64,000 nucleotides of DNA from a bacterium (GTDB lineage Bacteria; Patescibacteriota; UBA1384; VFKW01), in contig JAUSIS010000004.1 in assembly GCA_030647355.1 (NCBI GenBank), forward strand, positions 4,066 through 68,065. Reading direction: 5' to 3'. Under the pieces are notes generated by a model. It was not told the DNA's origin and ran no database searches. It saw nothing but the letters and a program-made list of their open reading frames with translations. Below, in pieces: positions 9,105 to 18,852 of this stretch. The position numbers were made by a program, and so were the translations under genes. Position 1 is the stretch's first letter. Every line of letters begins with the position of its first letter.

Positions 9105-9767
9105 TTAAATTGAGAGAATAAAGATAAGAGCAATAGCTAGTAGAATTGCGGACCATCCAAGAAGACGGATAGCTTTTCCTTGCTTGGAAAAAGTTAGAAT
9201 CAAACCGATAATAAACACTAAGATGGAAACGGCAATGAGTAGGTAGAGTAAAACAGGTTGAATCCCCGGGGTGGATATTAGACTATCGGCAGATAAAGCA
9301 CCATAGCCAGTTTGTTGGGAAATTGCAATTCCGGCGCCTGATAAGAGAATAATTATCGAGATAATACTCGTTAAGATTCTATCGCGACTGGAAAATAATC
9401 CCATTTTATCCGGAACGTGACTGGATACTTTCGGTTGGAGGCCAAAATATTTAGCCAGATCGCCGCTTTTCATAAAAATCCCTTTACACTCCTTGCAAAC
9501 TTCCATAACTACATTATTAGGTTTGGGTTCGTTTGATTTTTCTAGAGGAATGTGACATCTCGGGCAATCCCCAGGGATTTGCTCGTTATTGGGATCGGGG
9601 AATACAGTATCTATTTCTTCAACAATTCCGGCGTCCAAACGACTTAACTCATGCTGATCGAGCCAAAAACTGCCGCAGTGAGGGCATCGAGAGACTTTCA
9701 CTATCTCATGATATTTATCAACGACTTCCATTATCTGCATTTCAGTATGGCAAGTAGGGCAAATCAT
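9105..9767 (-). CDS. Zinc-ribbon domain protein with C-terminal TM helices
   Basis: CPTCH...CPHCG and CPRCH...CKEC cysteine pairs. RBS AGGAGG precedes the ATG at 9767. Confidence 0.5.
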   Translation of the reverse strand: MICPTCHTEMQIMEVVDKYHEIVKVSRCPHCGSFWLDQHELSRLDAGIVEEIDTVFPDPNNEQIPGDCPRCHIPLEKSNEPKPNNVVMEVCKECKGIFMKSGDLAKYFGLQPKVSSHVPDKMGLFSSRDRILTSIISIIILLSGAGIAISQQTGYGALSADSLISTPGIQPVLLYLLIAVSILVFIIGLILTFSKQGKAIRLLGWSAILLAIALIFILSI

Positions 9768-9820
9768 AGTGCCTCCTAAATCGAAGAATATTCTATTTTT
9801 ATTATAACACAAGTGGGTAT

Positions 9821-10798
9821 TTACTTAGCAAGAAACTTGGCAGTCTGACTGATTGCTTGGTGTTCATTTTTGACCCATATAACGGGTGTTCTATTTTTCA
9901 ACCAGGTGAGCTGTCGGCGGGCATAGGCATGGATAGCATATTTCAATTTTTCAATCATTTCTTCCTTGCTGGGTATTTCGTTTGTTAAATAAAGAGTAAT
10001 ATATCGGTATTCTAAGCCAAAAGAGATTAACCTCTCTTTAGGAATCCCGCTATCAATAAGAGATTGTACTTCTTCAATCATACCATTTCCAATGCGGTCA
10101 TCAACGCGCTTATCAATTTTTTGATAAAGCTCCTGCCGGGGAAGATCGTTTCCGAAATATATAGTATCGAAATTTGAGCCACTCTTCTTTTGCTGATAAC
10201 TGAAGGGTATGCTCGTTGCCATTGTGACAGATAATGCTCTGATAATACGGCGGAGGTTTTGATGATTAATTTTCTCAAAACTTACTTGATCTAGCACTTT
10301 TAATTTATCAAGTATCTCACCCGATGGTAATAATTCGAGTTCTTGCCTGATAGTCAGTTCTCTTTGGTCGGTTACAGGAATTGAGAATCCTTCAACAAGG
10401 GCTTGGATATATAGATTAGTACCTCCGACAATAATTGGGATTTTCCCTCGATTGGCAAAATTATCTATAAGCGTAAGGGCTTGTTTTTGAAAATCTGCGA
10501 CAGTGTAAGTTTCCAAAGGGGTAGCGACGTCAATTAAAAATTGGGGGATACCATGGATAACACGAGCACTTTGAGGTCCGAGGTCGGGTAAATTAATAGA
10601 AACCGAATCCCCTTCCTTGCCGGTTCCTAAATCCATACCGATGTAGACCTGTCGAGAGTCAGCCGAGATAATTTCTCCATTAAAATGCTCGGCAAGTTTT
10701 ACAGCCAGAGAAGTTTTCCCGCTCGATGTAGGACCAACAACAACTATTATTTTCTTTTTTTTGCACTTTTCATTTATCATATTTTTATCAACTTGCAT
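9821..10798 (-). CDS. miaA: tRNA dimethylallyltransferase MiaA
   Basis: VVVGPTSSGKTSLAVKLAEHFNGEIISADSRQVYIGMDLGTGK is the MiaA P-loop/DSxQ signature. Confidence 0.85.
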   Translation of the reverse strand: MQVDKNMINEKCKKKKIIVVVGPTSSGKTSLAVKLAEHFNGEIISADSRQVYIGMDLGTGKEGDSVSINLPDLGPQSARVIHGIPQFLIDVATPLETYTVADFQKQALTLIDNFANRGKIPIIVGGTNLYIQALVEGFSIPVTDQRELTIRQELELLPSGEILDKLKVLDQVSFEKINHQNLRRIIRALSVTMATSIPFSYQQKKSGSNFDTIYFGNDLPRQELYQKIDKRVDDRIGNGMIEEVQSLIDSGIPKERLISFGLEYRYITLYLTNEIPSKEEMIEKLKYAIHAYARRQLTWLKNRTPVIWVKNEHQAISQTAKFLAK

Positions 10799-10819
10799 AA
10801 AAATTACTTATTTTATACA

Positions 10820-11569
10820 ATGCCAATTATGGACGTATTAAATATAAAGAATCTTAGTAAATCTTACCACCTGAACGGAGGAGATGTCCATGTAGTTGAC
10901 CGGTTAACTCTGTCTTTAAAGAAGGGCGAGGTATTTGGTTTTTTGGGACCAAATGGAGCAGGCAAGACAACCACAATAAAGATGATAGTTGGATTGGCAT
11001 TCCCAAGCTCCGGGGAAATCAAAATCTTTGGGAAATCTAACACCGATCTTGCAACCAAGGAAAAGATTGGTTTTATGTCGGAACATCCATACTTTTATAG
11101 CTATCTAACTGGACGAGAAATGCTTGATTTTTTCGGTAAGCTTTTCCCTATTGCTCATGAAGTGAGAATTAAAAACACCAAAGAGCTCTTGGAGAAAGTA
11201 GGATTAGCGGATGCGGCAGATATACCAGTAAGAAAATATTCCAAAGGAATGAATCAGCGGCTTGGATTAGCATCTGCTTTAATAAATGATCCGAAGATAA
11301 TTTTCCTTGACGAGCCGTTGGACGGACTAGATCCGCTAGGACGGAGGCAAATTAAAGAAATCATTAAGGATTTGAAAAAAGAAGGAAAGACGGTATTTCT
11401 TAATTCACATATTCTAGCTGACGCAGAAGAAATTTGCGATCAAATCGGCATCATTGACCGAGGAAAATTAATTGCTCGAGGCGAACCAAAGAGTTTAGTA
11501 AAAGGATCAAAAAGTTTGGAAGATTTTTTTGTTAAACTAATCGAAAAAAGACGAAGAGAGGATAAATGA
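10820..11569 (+). CDS. ABC transporter ATP-binding protein (ABC-2 type exporter)
   Basis: Walker A motif GPNGAGKTT. Signature/Walker B region present. Start at MPIMDVLNIKNL (10820). Confidence 0.8.
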   Translation: MPIMDVLNIKNLSKSYHLNGGDVHVVDRLTLSLKKGEVFGFLGPNGAGKTTTIKMIVGLAFPSSGEIKIFGKSNTDLATKEKIGFMSEHPYFYSYLTGREMLDFFGKLFPIAHEVRIKNTKELLEKVGLADAADIPVRKYSKGMNQRLGLASALINDPKIIFLDEPLDGLDPLGRRQIKEIIKDLKKEGKTVFLNSHILADAEEICDQIGIIDRGKLIARGEPKSLVKGSKSLEDFFVKLIEKRRREDK

Positions 11570-12327
11570 GAAATATCCTAGCAGTAGCACAAAATACTTT
11601 TAGAGAAACCGTCAGAGATAGAATCTTGTATGTGATTTTTGTGTTTGCCGCACTGATGATCATCGGCTCCACTTTAGCCGGCTCGATTTCACTAGATCAA
11701 GACATTAAAGTAATGAAAGACTTTGGCTTGGCGAGTATTTTTCTTTTTAGTATTTTGATGGCAGTCTTTATTGGGACCAACCTTGTATATAAAGAGCTTG
11801 ATAAACGCACAATTTTTTTACTGCTTTCCAAGCCGGTCAAGCGAAGCGATGTAATAATTGGAAAATTCTTTGGGCTGGCGGCCACTATGCTGGTGATGAT
11901 ATTGCTTATGAGTATATTTTATATAGGTTTAATTAAGTATAAAACTGGGCAATGGGATATTTTATCACTGCAAGCTATAGGATTTAATTATTTAGAAGTT
12001 TTACTTATGATTGGGTTGACCCTGATGTTTTCCACCTTCACGGCGCCGATATCGAGTGCGATTTATTCGCTTTTGTTGTTTTTAATCGGTCATAGCAGCT
12101 CAACAATTATGCACATAGTAAAGACTTCGACTGGCTTTAGTAAGTATCTTTTGGAAGCGGCATATTATGTCTTCCCTAATTTAGAGAAATTCAATATCCG
12201 AAATAATGTCGTATACGGCATCGGGGCATCGTTAGAGCAAACCCTGCTTGCTATTGCCTATAGCGCAGTTTACTGTATATTTCTTATTTATCTGGGAATT
12301 GCAATCTTGAAAAAACAGGAATTTTAG
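11566..12327 (+). CDS. ABC-2 family transporter permease
   Basis: Multi-TM hydrophobic protein. Start overlaps the stop of the upstream ATPase. Confidence 0.6.
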   Translation: MRNILAVAQNTFRETVRDRILYVIFVFAALMIIGSTLAGSISLDQDIKVMKDFGLASIFLFSILMAVFIGTNLVYKELDKRTIFLLLSKPVKRSDVIIGKFFGLAATMLVMILLMSIFYIGLIKYKTGQWDILSLQAIGFNYLEVLLMIGLTLMFSTFTAPISSAIYSLLLFLIGHSSSTIMHIVKTSTGFSKYLLEAAYYVFPNLEKFNIRNNVVYGIGASLEQTLLAIAYSAVYCIFLIYLGIAILKKQEF

Positions 12328-13185
12328 ATGAAAATTCCATTTATCTTTGCTCGCATCGCAAATTGGTTATTGGTTCTTATTATATTAGCTGGAATAATAT
12401 TGTCTCAACTATATTACGATAATTGGAAAACAGCGCTCGGGAAAAACCCAGATATTCCTTACAATATTATGATTGAGCCTCATCCCCTACCATCTGCAGT
12501 TTTAAAGAAAACTTCTTTTGGATTGGATAATCTGATCGCCGATATTATGTGGCTGCAAACTATCCAGTACTATGGCGGCGGTTTGCCTAATGAGCGTTAT
12601 AGAGAACTGCCAATTATGATAGAGACCGTGACGGATCTAGATAAAAAATTTGCTTATCCCTATTCATTTGGATTGTTGATGCTGCCAGGAGAAGGGTTTG
12701 TTAAAGATGCCATCAAGCTGGGGGATAAAGGATTGAAAATTAAGGAGATGCGCGATAATTGGGAGATTCCATATTATCTGGCGATGATCTACAGATTCAA
12801 TCTGCATGATAATAAAATGGCAGCTAAATATTTTGAGATGGCTTCAAAGATTGACGGAGCACCTGAGATGGCAGCTATAATGGCGGGAATCAATTATGAA
12901 AAAGTCAATCAGCGGTTATTAGCTTATAAACTTTATGAAGGGATCTACCAGAAGGCAAAGAATAAGCAAGTTAGAAAACGGGCTAAAGAATATATGGATC
13001 ATATAGTTTTGATGGAAGAGCTCGAGACAGCGGCTAAAATCTATAAGCAGAAATTCGGAAATTTTCCGCAGAATTTGGGGGATTTAGAAAAGGCCAAGAT
13101 AATAGATAAAATACCACCTGATCCTATTGGAAGAGGTCTGGCAATCAACCCGACAACTGGTACTATAATTGAACTGCAAAAATAA
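12328..13185 (+). CDS. Hypothetical membrane-anchored protein
   Basis: ORF with one N-terminal TM helix. Start abuts the stop of the preceding gene. Confidence 0.4.
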   Translation: MKIPFIFARIANWLLVLIILAGIILSQLYYDNWKTALGKNPDIPYNIMIEPHPLPSAVLKKTSFGLDNLIADIMWLQTIQYYGGGLPNERYRELPIMIETVTDLDKKFAYPYSFGLLMLPGEGFVKDAIKLGDKGLKIKEMRDNWEIPYYLAMIYRFNLHDNKMAAKYFEMASKIDGAPEMAAIMAGINYEKVNQRLLAYKLYEGIYQKAKNKQVRKRAKEYMDHIVLMEELETAAKIYKQKFGNFPQNLGDLEKAKIIDKIPPDPIGRGLAINPTTGTIIELQK

Positions 13186-13205
13186 TCTAGAATATCCTGA
13201 TTCTT

Positions 13206-14171
13206 TTAAGCAGGGACGTTTTGGTTTAATTTGAGAATTGAAGCTAAAACCGGTACAATTTTTTTGAAATCGTGAAATAAAGGTCTTTTATCGTCAATTA
13301 AATTAGCTCGAATGAGTTTTATTTTTTTATATGATTGTTTGGCTGAAGTAATATTATGGACAAAACCAAGCTTACCTTCATCGCCATTGGCATGGACGAC
13401 TTTGTCATTTATTAAACAAGCGGTGATAATATCAGGGGAAGAATGACTCAAAAGGGCATCAATATGATCTTCTGTGCTGTACTTTTCGGTTTCCCCGCGT
13501 TCAGTGGAGATATTACAGACAAATACTTTCTGGGCTTTCTTATTGTCGAGGATTGCTTTGGTTATTCCCTTGATAAGTAAATTAGGGATGATACTCGTGT
13601 AGAGACTACCTGGTCCAATAATAATGAAATCGGCTGATTGGATTGCTTGAATCGCTTCTATATTTGCTTTAATTTTATCCGGCACGCAAAAAACTCTTTT
13701 AATAGGCGTACGATGTCCCATGACCGGAATATTCGATTCTCCTAAAACGACATGGCCGTTTTCAAGTTCGGCGGCAATATTAACATTGCTTAAAGTTGAA
13801 GGGATAACTTTTCCAGAAGTGGCTAAAATTTGACTGGCTTCTCTCACGGCTTGTTCAAAACTGCCGGTAATGTCGCATAGGGCGGTGAGGAAAAGATTAC
13901 CAAAGTTGTGACCGGAAAGACCACGTCCGTTGGGAAAACGATAATCAAATAATTTCGTAGCCAGTTCCTCATCATTTGACAGGGCAACAAGACATTGTCG
14001 GATATCACCCGGCGGCAGGATACCATAATCGCGCCTAAGACGACCGCTGGAAGACCCATCATCGGTCATGGTTACAATAGCAGAGATGTTAACTGGAAAG
14101 ATTCTTAGTCCCCTTAGAAGTACCGATAGACCGCTACCACCACCGATGGCGACAACATTAGGTTTTTCCAT
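13206..14171 (-). CDS. yvcK: YvcK/CofD-like (UPF0052, gluconeogenesis factor family) protein
   Basis: N-terminal AIGGGSGLSVLLRGL and LPPGDIRQCLVALS motifs are typical of the YvcK/CofD family. Confidence 0.65.
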   Translation of the reverse strand: MEKPNVVAIGGGSGLSVLLRGLRIFPVNISAIVTMTDDGSSSGRLRRDYGILPPGDIRQCLVALSNDEELATKLFDYRFPNGRGLSGHNFGNLFLTALCDITGSFEQAVREASQILATSGKVIPSTLSNVNIAAELENGHVVLGESNIPVMGHRTPIKRVFCVPDKIKANIEAIQAIQSADFIIIGPGSLYTSIIPNLLIKGITKAILDNKKAQKVFVCNISTERGETEKYSTEDHIDALLSHSSPDIITACLINDKVVHANGDEGKLGFVHNITSAKQSYKKIKLIRANLIDDKRPLFHDFKKIVPVLASILKLNQNVPA

Positions 14172-14293
14172 AGTCTCCTTTGATGTTCAGACTTCTGCTC
14201 GATTGCGAATTTAGTATAATTTACCATGCCTGGAAGATAAATGAAATATATACAATAACGAGAATAAATTACTATAAAAATAAAATTATGCGG

Positions 14294-14767
14294 TTACTTT
14301 TGATAAGTGACAATTTGGAAGTACGCATTTGACTGATTGTATGTCTCAAGAGAGCCCACCGAAACATCAACTGTAGCAAGTCCCAAAATATCTTTTTTGC
14401 CATTAACTGTCCAGCTGACAACAAATTTACCGTTGCGGTCTGATGTACCTGATTTGGTGCCATTATTATTAATATTACCATTAAAATAGGTTGTCTTCAT
14501 TCTGACCTCAATATTTGGAAGTGTTTCAATAGTTACCTTTTGCGGCCAATAAAGAAAAATCGGATCTTTAGTAATTATAATATTGATGGGTGTTATGATT
14601 TGCTTTGGCTGTGAGGATTTAGTGGTTACACCTAAAACTTTTCCTTGCGGAGTCTGATAGGGTGATGTGATTAAATTATCAGATCTCATATTGGATAATT
14701 GAGCAATATAAAATACGATCCCAATAAGGACTATTCCAGAAAAAAAGAAAATAAGAAAGCGTTTCAT
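14294..14767 (-). CDS. Hypothetical exported protein
   Basis: Signal/TM segment MKRFLIFFFSGIVLIGIVF. Confidence 0.4.
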   Translation of the reverse strand: MKRFLIFFFSGIVLIGIVFYIAQLSNMRSDNLITSPYQTPQGKVLGVTTKSSQPKQIITPINIIITKDPIFLYWPQKVTIETLPNIEVRMKTTYFNGNINNNGTKSGTSDRNGKFVVSWTVNGKKDILGLATVDVSVGSLETYNQSNAYFQIVTYQK

Positions 14768-14781
14768 AGTTTAATAATAGA

Positions 14782-15333
14782 TCATTTGAGCAGCTTCTCA
14801 ATAGATAGATCGAGAACATCGAATTCGTTTTCGCAACCAGGGGCTTCAATGACCTTTCGAGCGCCGTTTATAGACAGAGTATGGGTTGATTTATATGCCA
14901 TAAGTATAGGGGGTTCTTGGCAGTTTGTTTCCATGATCTGCGAGTTATTGATAATAGATTTTATTTTTCTAATTCCTTTGTCACTTATCTGGATTTGCTT
15001 ATTTTCCTTTCCTTCATAAACAACAAGACCTGACTGGTGGATTACCAGTTTCTGGTAACAGTTCTCATTGCCGGTCAAGCAAGGACCAAATTCTTCATAT
15101 CTTTGATAAATAATGTCCTCTTTTGGGCGCAGGAAAAAAATTAATATTGGTATTAAGATAATTACAGCAACAACAGCCAGTATTATTAATTTTTTTCTTT
15201 TTCGATGAAGTAAGAATTTATCTGTATCAAAATCATCTTCTGTCTGGGCGGGAGTAGTTGGCTCGTTTACATTAATGGGTGAATCGGGTTGGGAATAGTT
15301 TAGGGCCTCGTCCATTTTTCCCTCCATAAACAA
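14782..15333 (-). CDS. Hypothetical single-pass membrane protein
   Basis: ORF with internal TM helix LIILAVVAVIILIPILIFFL. Confidence 0.4.
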   Translation of the reverse strand: MFMEGKMDEALNYSQPDSPINVNEPTTPAQTEDDFDTDKFLLHRKRKKLIILAVVAVIILIPILIFFLRPKEDIIYQRYEEFGPCLTGNENCYQKLVIHQSGLVVYEGKENKQIQISDKGIRKIKSIINNSQIMETNCQEPPILMAYKSTHTLSINGARKVIEAPGCENEFDVLDLSIEKLLK

Positions 15334-15336
15334 TGA

Positions 15337-15795
15337 TTAGTTTCTAATTTGTGAGGCTAACTTATTTAGTATTTTATCATTAGCTCTTTTGTAATCGTTA
15401 GTACAGATATATCCTTCATATTTTTCAAAGTATTTATCTAAATTGGATTTAATTGCCTGCCAATTATCCGATTTTGTACCATGCATTGGAATAAGTTTCA
15501 CATGAGCATGATCTACCCCAAAACCTTCATAAACTAATGCAGTTCTTCCTACGTCTTTGAGCTTGGAATCCAATAATTTTCCAACTTGCTTGGCTGCTAA
15601 AGTTAAGTCGCAGAGAATTTCATCAGGTAAGTCGAAAGCATAACTTGGATAGTGATCTTTCGGTATAACGACAGAAAAACCTTCGGTATTGGGAAAAATG
15701 GAGAGGAAAGCGAGAAACTTATCATCCTCCCATATTTTATGAGAAGGCAATTTTCCAAGGGCAATCTGACAAAATATACAGTCCTCTTTATACAT
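15337..15795 (-). CDS. HIT-family (histidine triad) hydrolase
   Basis: N-terminal CIFCQI and a histidine-triad-like DHAHVKLIP motif. Confidence 0.6.
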   Translation of the reverse strand: MYKEDCIFCQIALGKLPSHKIWEDDKFLAFLSIFPNTEGFSVVIPKDHYPSYAFDLPDEILCDLTLAAKQVGKLLDSKLKDVGRTALVYEGFGVDHAHVKLIPMHGTKSDNWQAIKSNLDKYFEKYEGYICTNDYKRANDKILNKLASQIRN

Positions 15796-15796
15796 T

Positions 15797-16756
15797 TTAT
15801 TTCTCCCGTGAGTGGCGTATATAACCCGAGCAGGGAATAATTTCTATCCCGGCTTTTTCCAATTTATCAACTATTAGATTGAGACCAATCGAGTCGGAAG
15901 CTATGTGTCCGGCTATCACAACATTGATGTAATGTTTAGCCGCTTCCTCCCGGCTTTTTTCTGCAATGTGCATAGCGATTTCCGTGCCTATTCCATAATG
16001 ACTCATTCTTTCATAGACTTTCTCTGAACCGCCGGTACCTCCAGTCATGCCCGATACAACTATTTTTCCCGCTCTTGATTTTTCTTCTCCGGAAAATATT
16101 ACCGGTCCTGCTTGTAATTTGATTGCCTTATTGTATTCAGGAATTTCCTTTAAGCAATCAATTATCTCCCCTACTGTTTGGGGCTTTTTATCCTGAATAT
16201 ATTGATCTACAAAATGCCAAACGCAGTTGTCTGCCGGTGTATGGACATTTAGGATAGGAATATTTAATATTTTGGCAGTATCTATCGGTTGATAATGGTT
16301 TATCGGGGCTACATCGCGAGAAACTTGCGCCAGACGCTCTTGAAGAGTGCCTTCAGCAATATTCTCAGGCATGCCGGCTTTTACTAGAACTTCAGTTTGG
16401 ATATCCATTACTTCGTGGAGCAGTGCTAAAGCTTTGCCAATTGGGTGATGGCTAACAATGAGATCAATCGGTTTGCCCATTCTCTCTAATTCTTTAGCTA
16501 ATAAAACTTCGGCGGAATCTATATCTATGCCGATAAGAATTCGTTTGATTACTTTATTAGGATCACCAAAATGAATAGCTGAATCTGAATAAGGATTAGT
16601 TAACCTATCTTTATCATACTCGGCTTTCTTTTTAGCTGTTAATTCGCTATATTCTTTTTTATTTTTGGAGAGTAACTTTTCTATACCTTGGCGGCCTCTC
16701 GGGTCATTGTCTATACCTGTTTGAATGCAAAGTTCAAAAATTTCCTGGATAGTCAT
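15797..16756 (-). CDS. Nif3-family dinuclear metal centre protein (GTP cyclohydrolase 1 type 2 homologue)
   Basis: DLIVSHHP and AGHIASDS motifs resemble the Nif3 metal-binding motifs. Confidence 0.5.
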   Translation of the reverse strand: MTIQEIFELCIQTGIDNDPRGRQGIEKLLSKNKKEYSELTAKKKAEYDKDRLTNPYSDSAIHFGDPNKVIKRILIGIDIDSAEVLLAKELERMGKPIDLIVSHHPIGKALALLHEVMDIQTEVLVKAGMPENIAEGTLQERLAQVSRDVAPINHYQPIDTAKILNIPILNVHTPADNCVWHFVDQYIQDKKPQTVGEIIDCLKEIPEYNKAIKLQAGPVIFSGEEKSRAGKIVVSGMTGGTGGSEKVYERMSHYGIGTEIAMHIAEKSREEAAKHYINVVIAGHIASDSIGLNLIVDKLEKAGIEIIPCSGYIRHSREK

Positions 16757-16923
16757 ATTTTCCTTTCTTCTATATACTACACCATTTTTCAGAGGTAATA
16801 AAGGTAGAGTTTGCTAAATTGTGGGGTTTTTCATTATAATAGTATAGATGGAGGAAAATTATTAAATATATTTTAAAATTTCTTCTTGTCCCAATTATCG
16901 TTACTGCTTTATATAGCATAACC

Positions 16924-18642
16924 TTGCCAGTTAGAGCCGATATTAATGAGTGGTCAATTAAAAAATTTGAATCAGAAATAATTTTAAATAAAGATTCGAC
17001 AGCTACTATAACAGAAAATATTTTAGCCGATTGCGGTAATTGCGTAGGTAAGCATGGAATTTTCCGAATATTGCCTTTGCAGGCACAAAAAACAACTACC
17101 GATATAATAAAATCACCAATCAAACTGCAAAGCATAACCGACTTTAATAATAAACCCTACGACTTCCAGGAGATTATTAACCAGACAGATAAAACCATTA
17201 CATGGAAAATAGGCGATCCAAATATTACAGTTACCGGAGAGAATGATTATAGGATTAAATATATAGCAAAGAATGTTATCAGGTCTGGAAATACAGAATT
17301 TGATGAGTTCTATTGGAATTTGAATGGTATTTTTTGGGATCTTCAGACGGACAATTTTACAGCTCGAATCGTATTTCCTCCAGAGGTTACTTCGACAGGC
17401 ACACCAGTTGTCTACTTATACGGCGGTGGATTTGGACAAAATTCTCAGATAGCCAGTTATAAATGGGGAGGTAATATTTTAGCTGTCGAATCGAGCAGAA
17501 AATTACTGCCGAAAGAGGGAATAACAGTATCGGTGACAGTGCCCAAAAATATTTTCCAGCCCTATATTTTGACTAAACAGGATGAAGAGCTGTATACCGG
17601 CGGCGGGAAAATTACTCTACCAGATAGTGTAAAAAAATTATTTAATATTGCCGGTTTCTCTTGGCCTATAATGGTGCTGTTATTATGTTATCTTATCTGG
17701 GCGAAATATGGCAGGGATCCCAAGATTAACCGTGCAGTTGCACCCGAATTTGAGATACCAAAGGATCTTAGCCCAATTGATATGGGGATGGTTGATTCCA
17801 ATGGCAGACTGCTCAATCATTTTATTTCGGCAACTATCGTTAATTTGGCTGTAAAAAATTACATTACAATTGAATTAATTGGAAAAACGGGAATTTTTGC
17901 TAAAGAAGATTATAAATTGAGAACATCCGGGCAAAATATTCAGAGCTTGGGTGAATCGGAAAAAATTATTTACGAAAAACTTTTTGACGGGCAGTCGGAG
18001 ATTTTGCTATCAAGTTTGAAAAATAAATTCTATCTAAAATTACCAGGGATTATAAAAAATATTGATGGTAGTTTGCAGACTGCCGGGTTAATTAAATTAA
18101 CCGGTAACTATATTAAGTACGGGCTGGTAGCTTTGGCTGTCATATCTTTATTCGGTGGGTTTTCTTTGCTTGCCTTGGTACCTGCACTTGGGGGAGGATT
18201 GTTGGCTGGAGCTTTGATTATGTTATTTTTTGCCTTTATTATGCCATCCAGAACACAGCAGGGAGCGGAGCTTGAGCTTAGAATAAAGGGTTTCAAGATG
18301 TATCTAGAAACTGCTGAAAAGTATCGCCAGCAGTTTAATGAAAAAGAGAATATATTTGAGAAATTTTTGCCTTATGCCATGATATTCCAGTTAACGAAGA
18401 AATGGGTAAAAGCCATGCAGCAGATATATGGAGAAGAATATTTCAATTCGTATCATCCAATGTGGCTTCAAGGGGCATTACTTACAAGCGGGGATTTTAA
18501 CCTAGATCATTTCGAGACAGCTTTAGAATCTCTATCGTCAAATATGGCCAGTACAATTGCCTCATCACCTTCCTCCTCGGGGGCAGGCGGCGGCGGATTT
18601 TCCGGCGGCGGTGGAGGAGGGGGCGGCGGAAGAGGCTGGTAG
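16924..18642 (+). CDS. DUF2207-type membrane protein with a Gly-rich C-terminus (GGGGFSGGGGGGGGGRGW)
   Basis: Architecture: extracellular domain, TM helices, poly-Gly tail. The listed start is TTG at 16924. The in-frame upstream extension back to the stop at 16840 encodes a signal peptide (KYILKFLLVPIIVTALYSITLPVRA), so the true start is probably upstream and non-ATG. Confidence 0.6.
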   Translation: MPVRADINEWSIKKFESEIILNKDSTATITENILADCGNCVGKHGIFRILPLQAQKTTTDIIKSPIKLQSITDFNNKPYDFQEIINQTDKTITWKIGDPNITVTGENDYRIKYIAKNVIRSGNTEFDEFYWNLNGIFWDLQTDNFTARIVFPPEVTSTGTPVVYLYGGGFGQNSQIASYKWGGNILAVESSRKLLPKEGITVSVTVPKNIFQPYILTKQDEELYTGGGKITLPDSVKKLFNIAGFSWPIMVLLLCYLIWAKYGRDPKINRAVAPEFEIPKDLSPIDMGMVDSNGRLLNHFISATIVNLAVKNYITIELIGKTGIFAKEDYKLRTSGQNIQSLGESEKIIYEKLFDGQSEILLSSLKNKFYLKLPGIIKNIDGSLQTAGLIKLTGNYIKYGLVALAVISLFGGFSLLALVPALGGGLLAGALIMLFFAFIMPSRTQQGAELELRIKGFKMYLETAEKYRQQFNEKENIFEKFLPYAMIFQLTKKWVKAMQQIYGEEYFNSYHPMWLQGALLTSGDFNLDHFETALESLSSNMASTIASSPSSSGAGGGGFSGGGGGGGGGRGW

Positions 18643-18773
18643 AGCTTGGAAAGATTAGATTAGAGAGCTCAAGTTGCGAGCGGTTTTTGTTTTGTTCTAA
18701 TAATTTTATTCTGGTTCTTTGAGTGAAGATATTTTGTCCAACCGATTTAAGTTTATTGTTTTTTTCTAAGTTA

Positions 18774-18805
18774 ATACCTATTGACTTTTACACATCAATA
18801 GGTAT
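18774..18805 (+). promoter_or_regulatory. Palindromic operator-like site overlapping a sigma70-like promoter (-35 TTGACT at 18781-86; -10 TATACA at 18803-08)
   Basis: ATACCTATTGA (18774-84) and TCAATAGGTAT (18795-805) are perfect 11-bp inverted arms with a 10-nt spacer, about 50 bp upstream of the GTG start at 18853. Confidence 0.45.
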
Positions 18806-18852
18806 ACAACTAAGTTGTATAAAATAGATGAGCATATTACTAGGGGGTTTAT

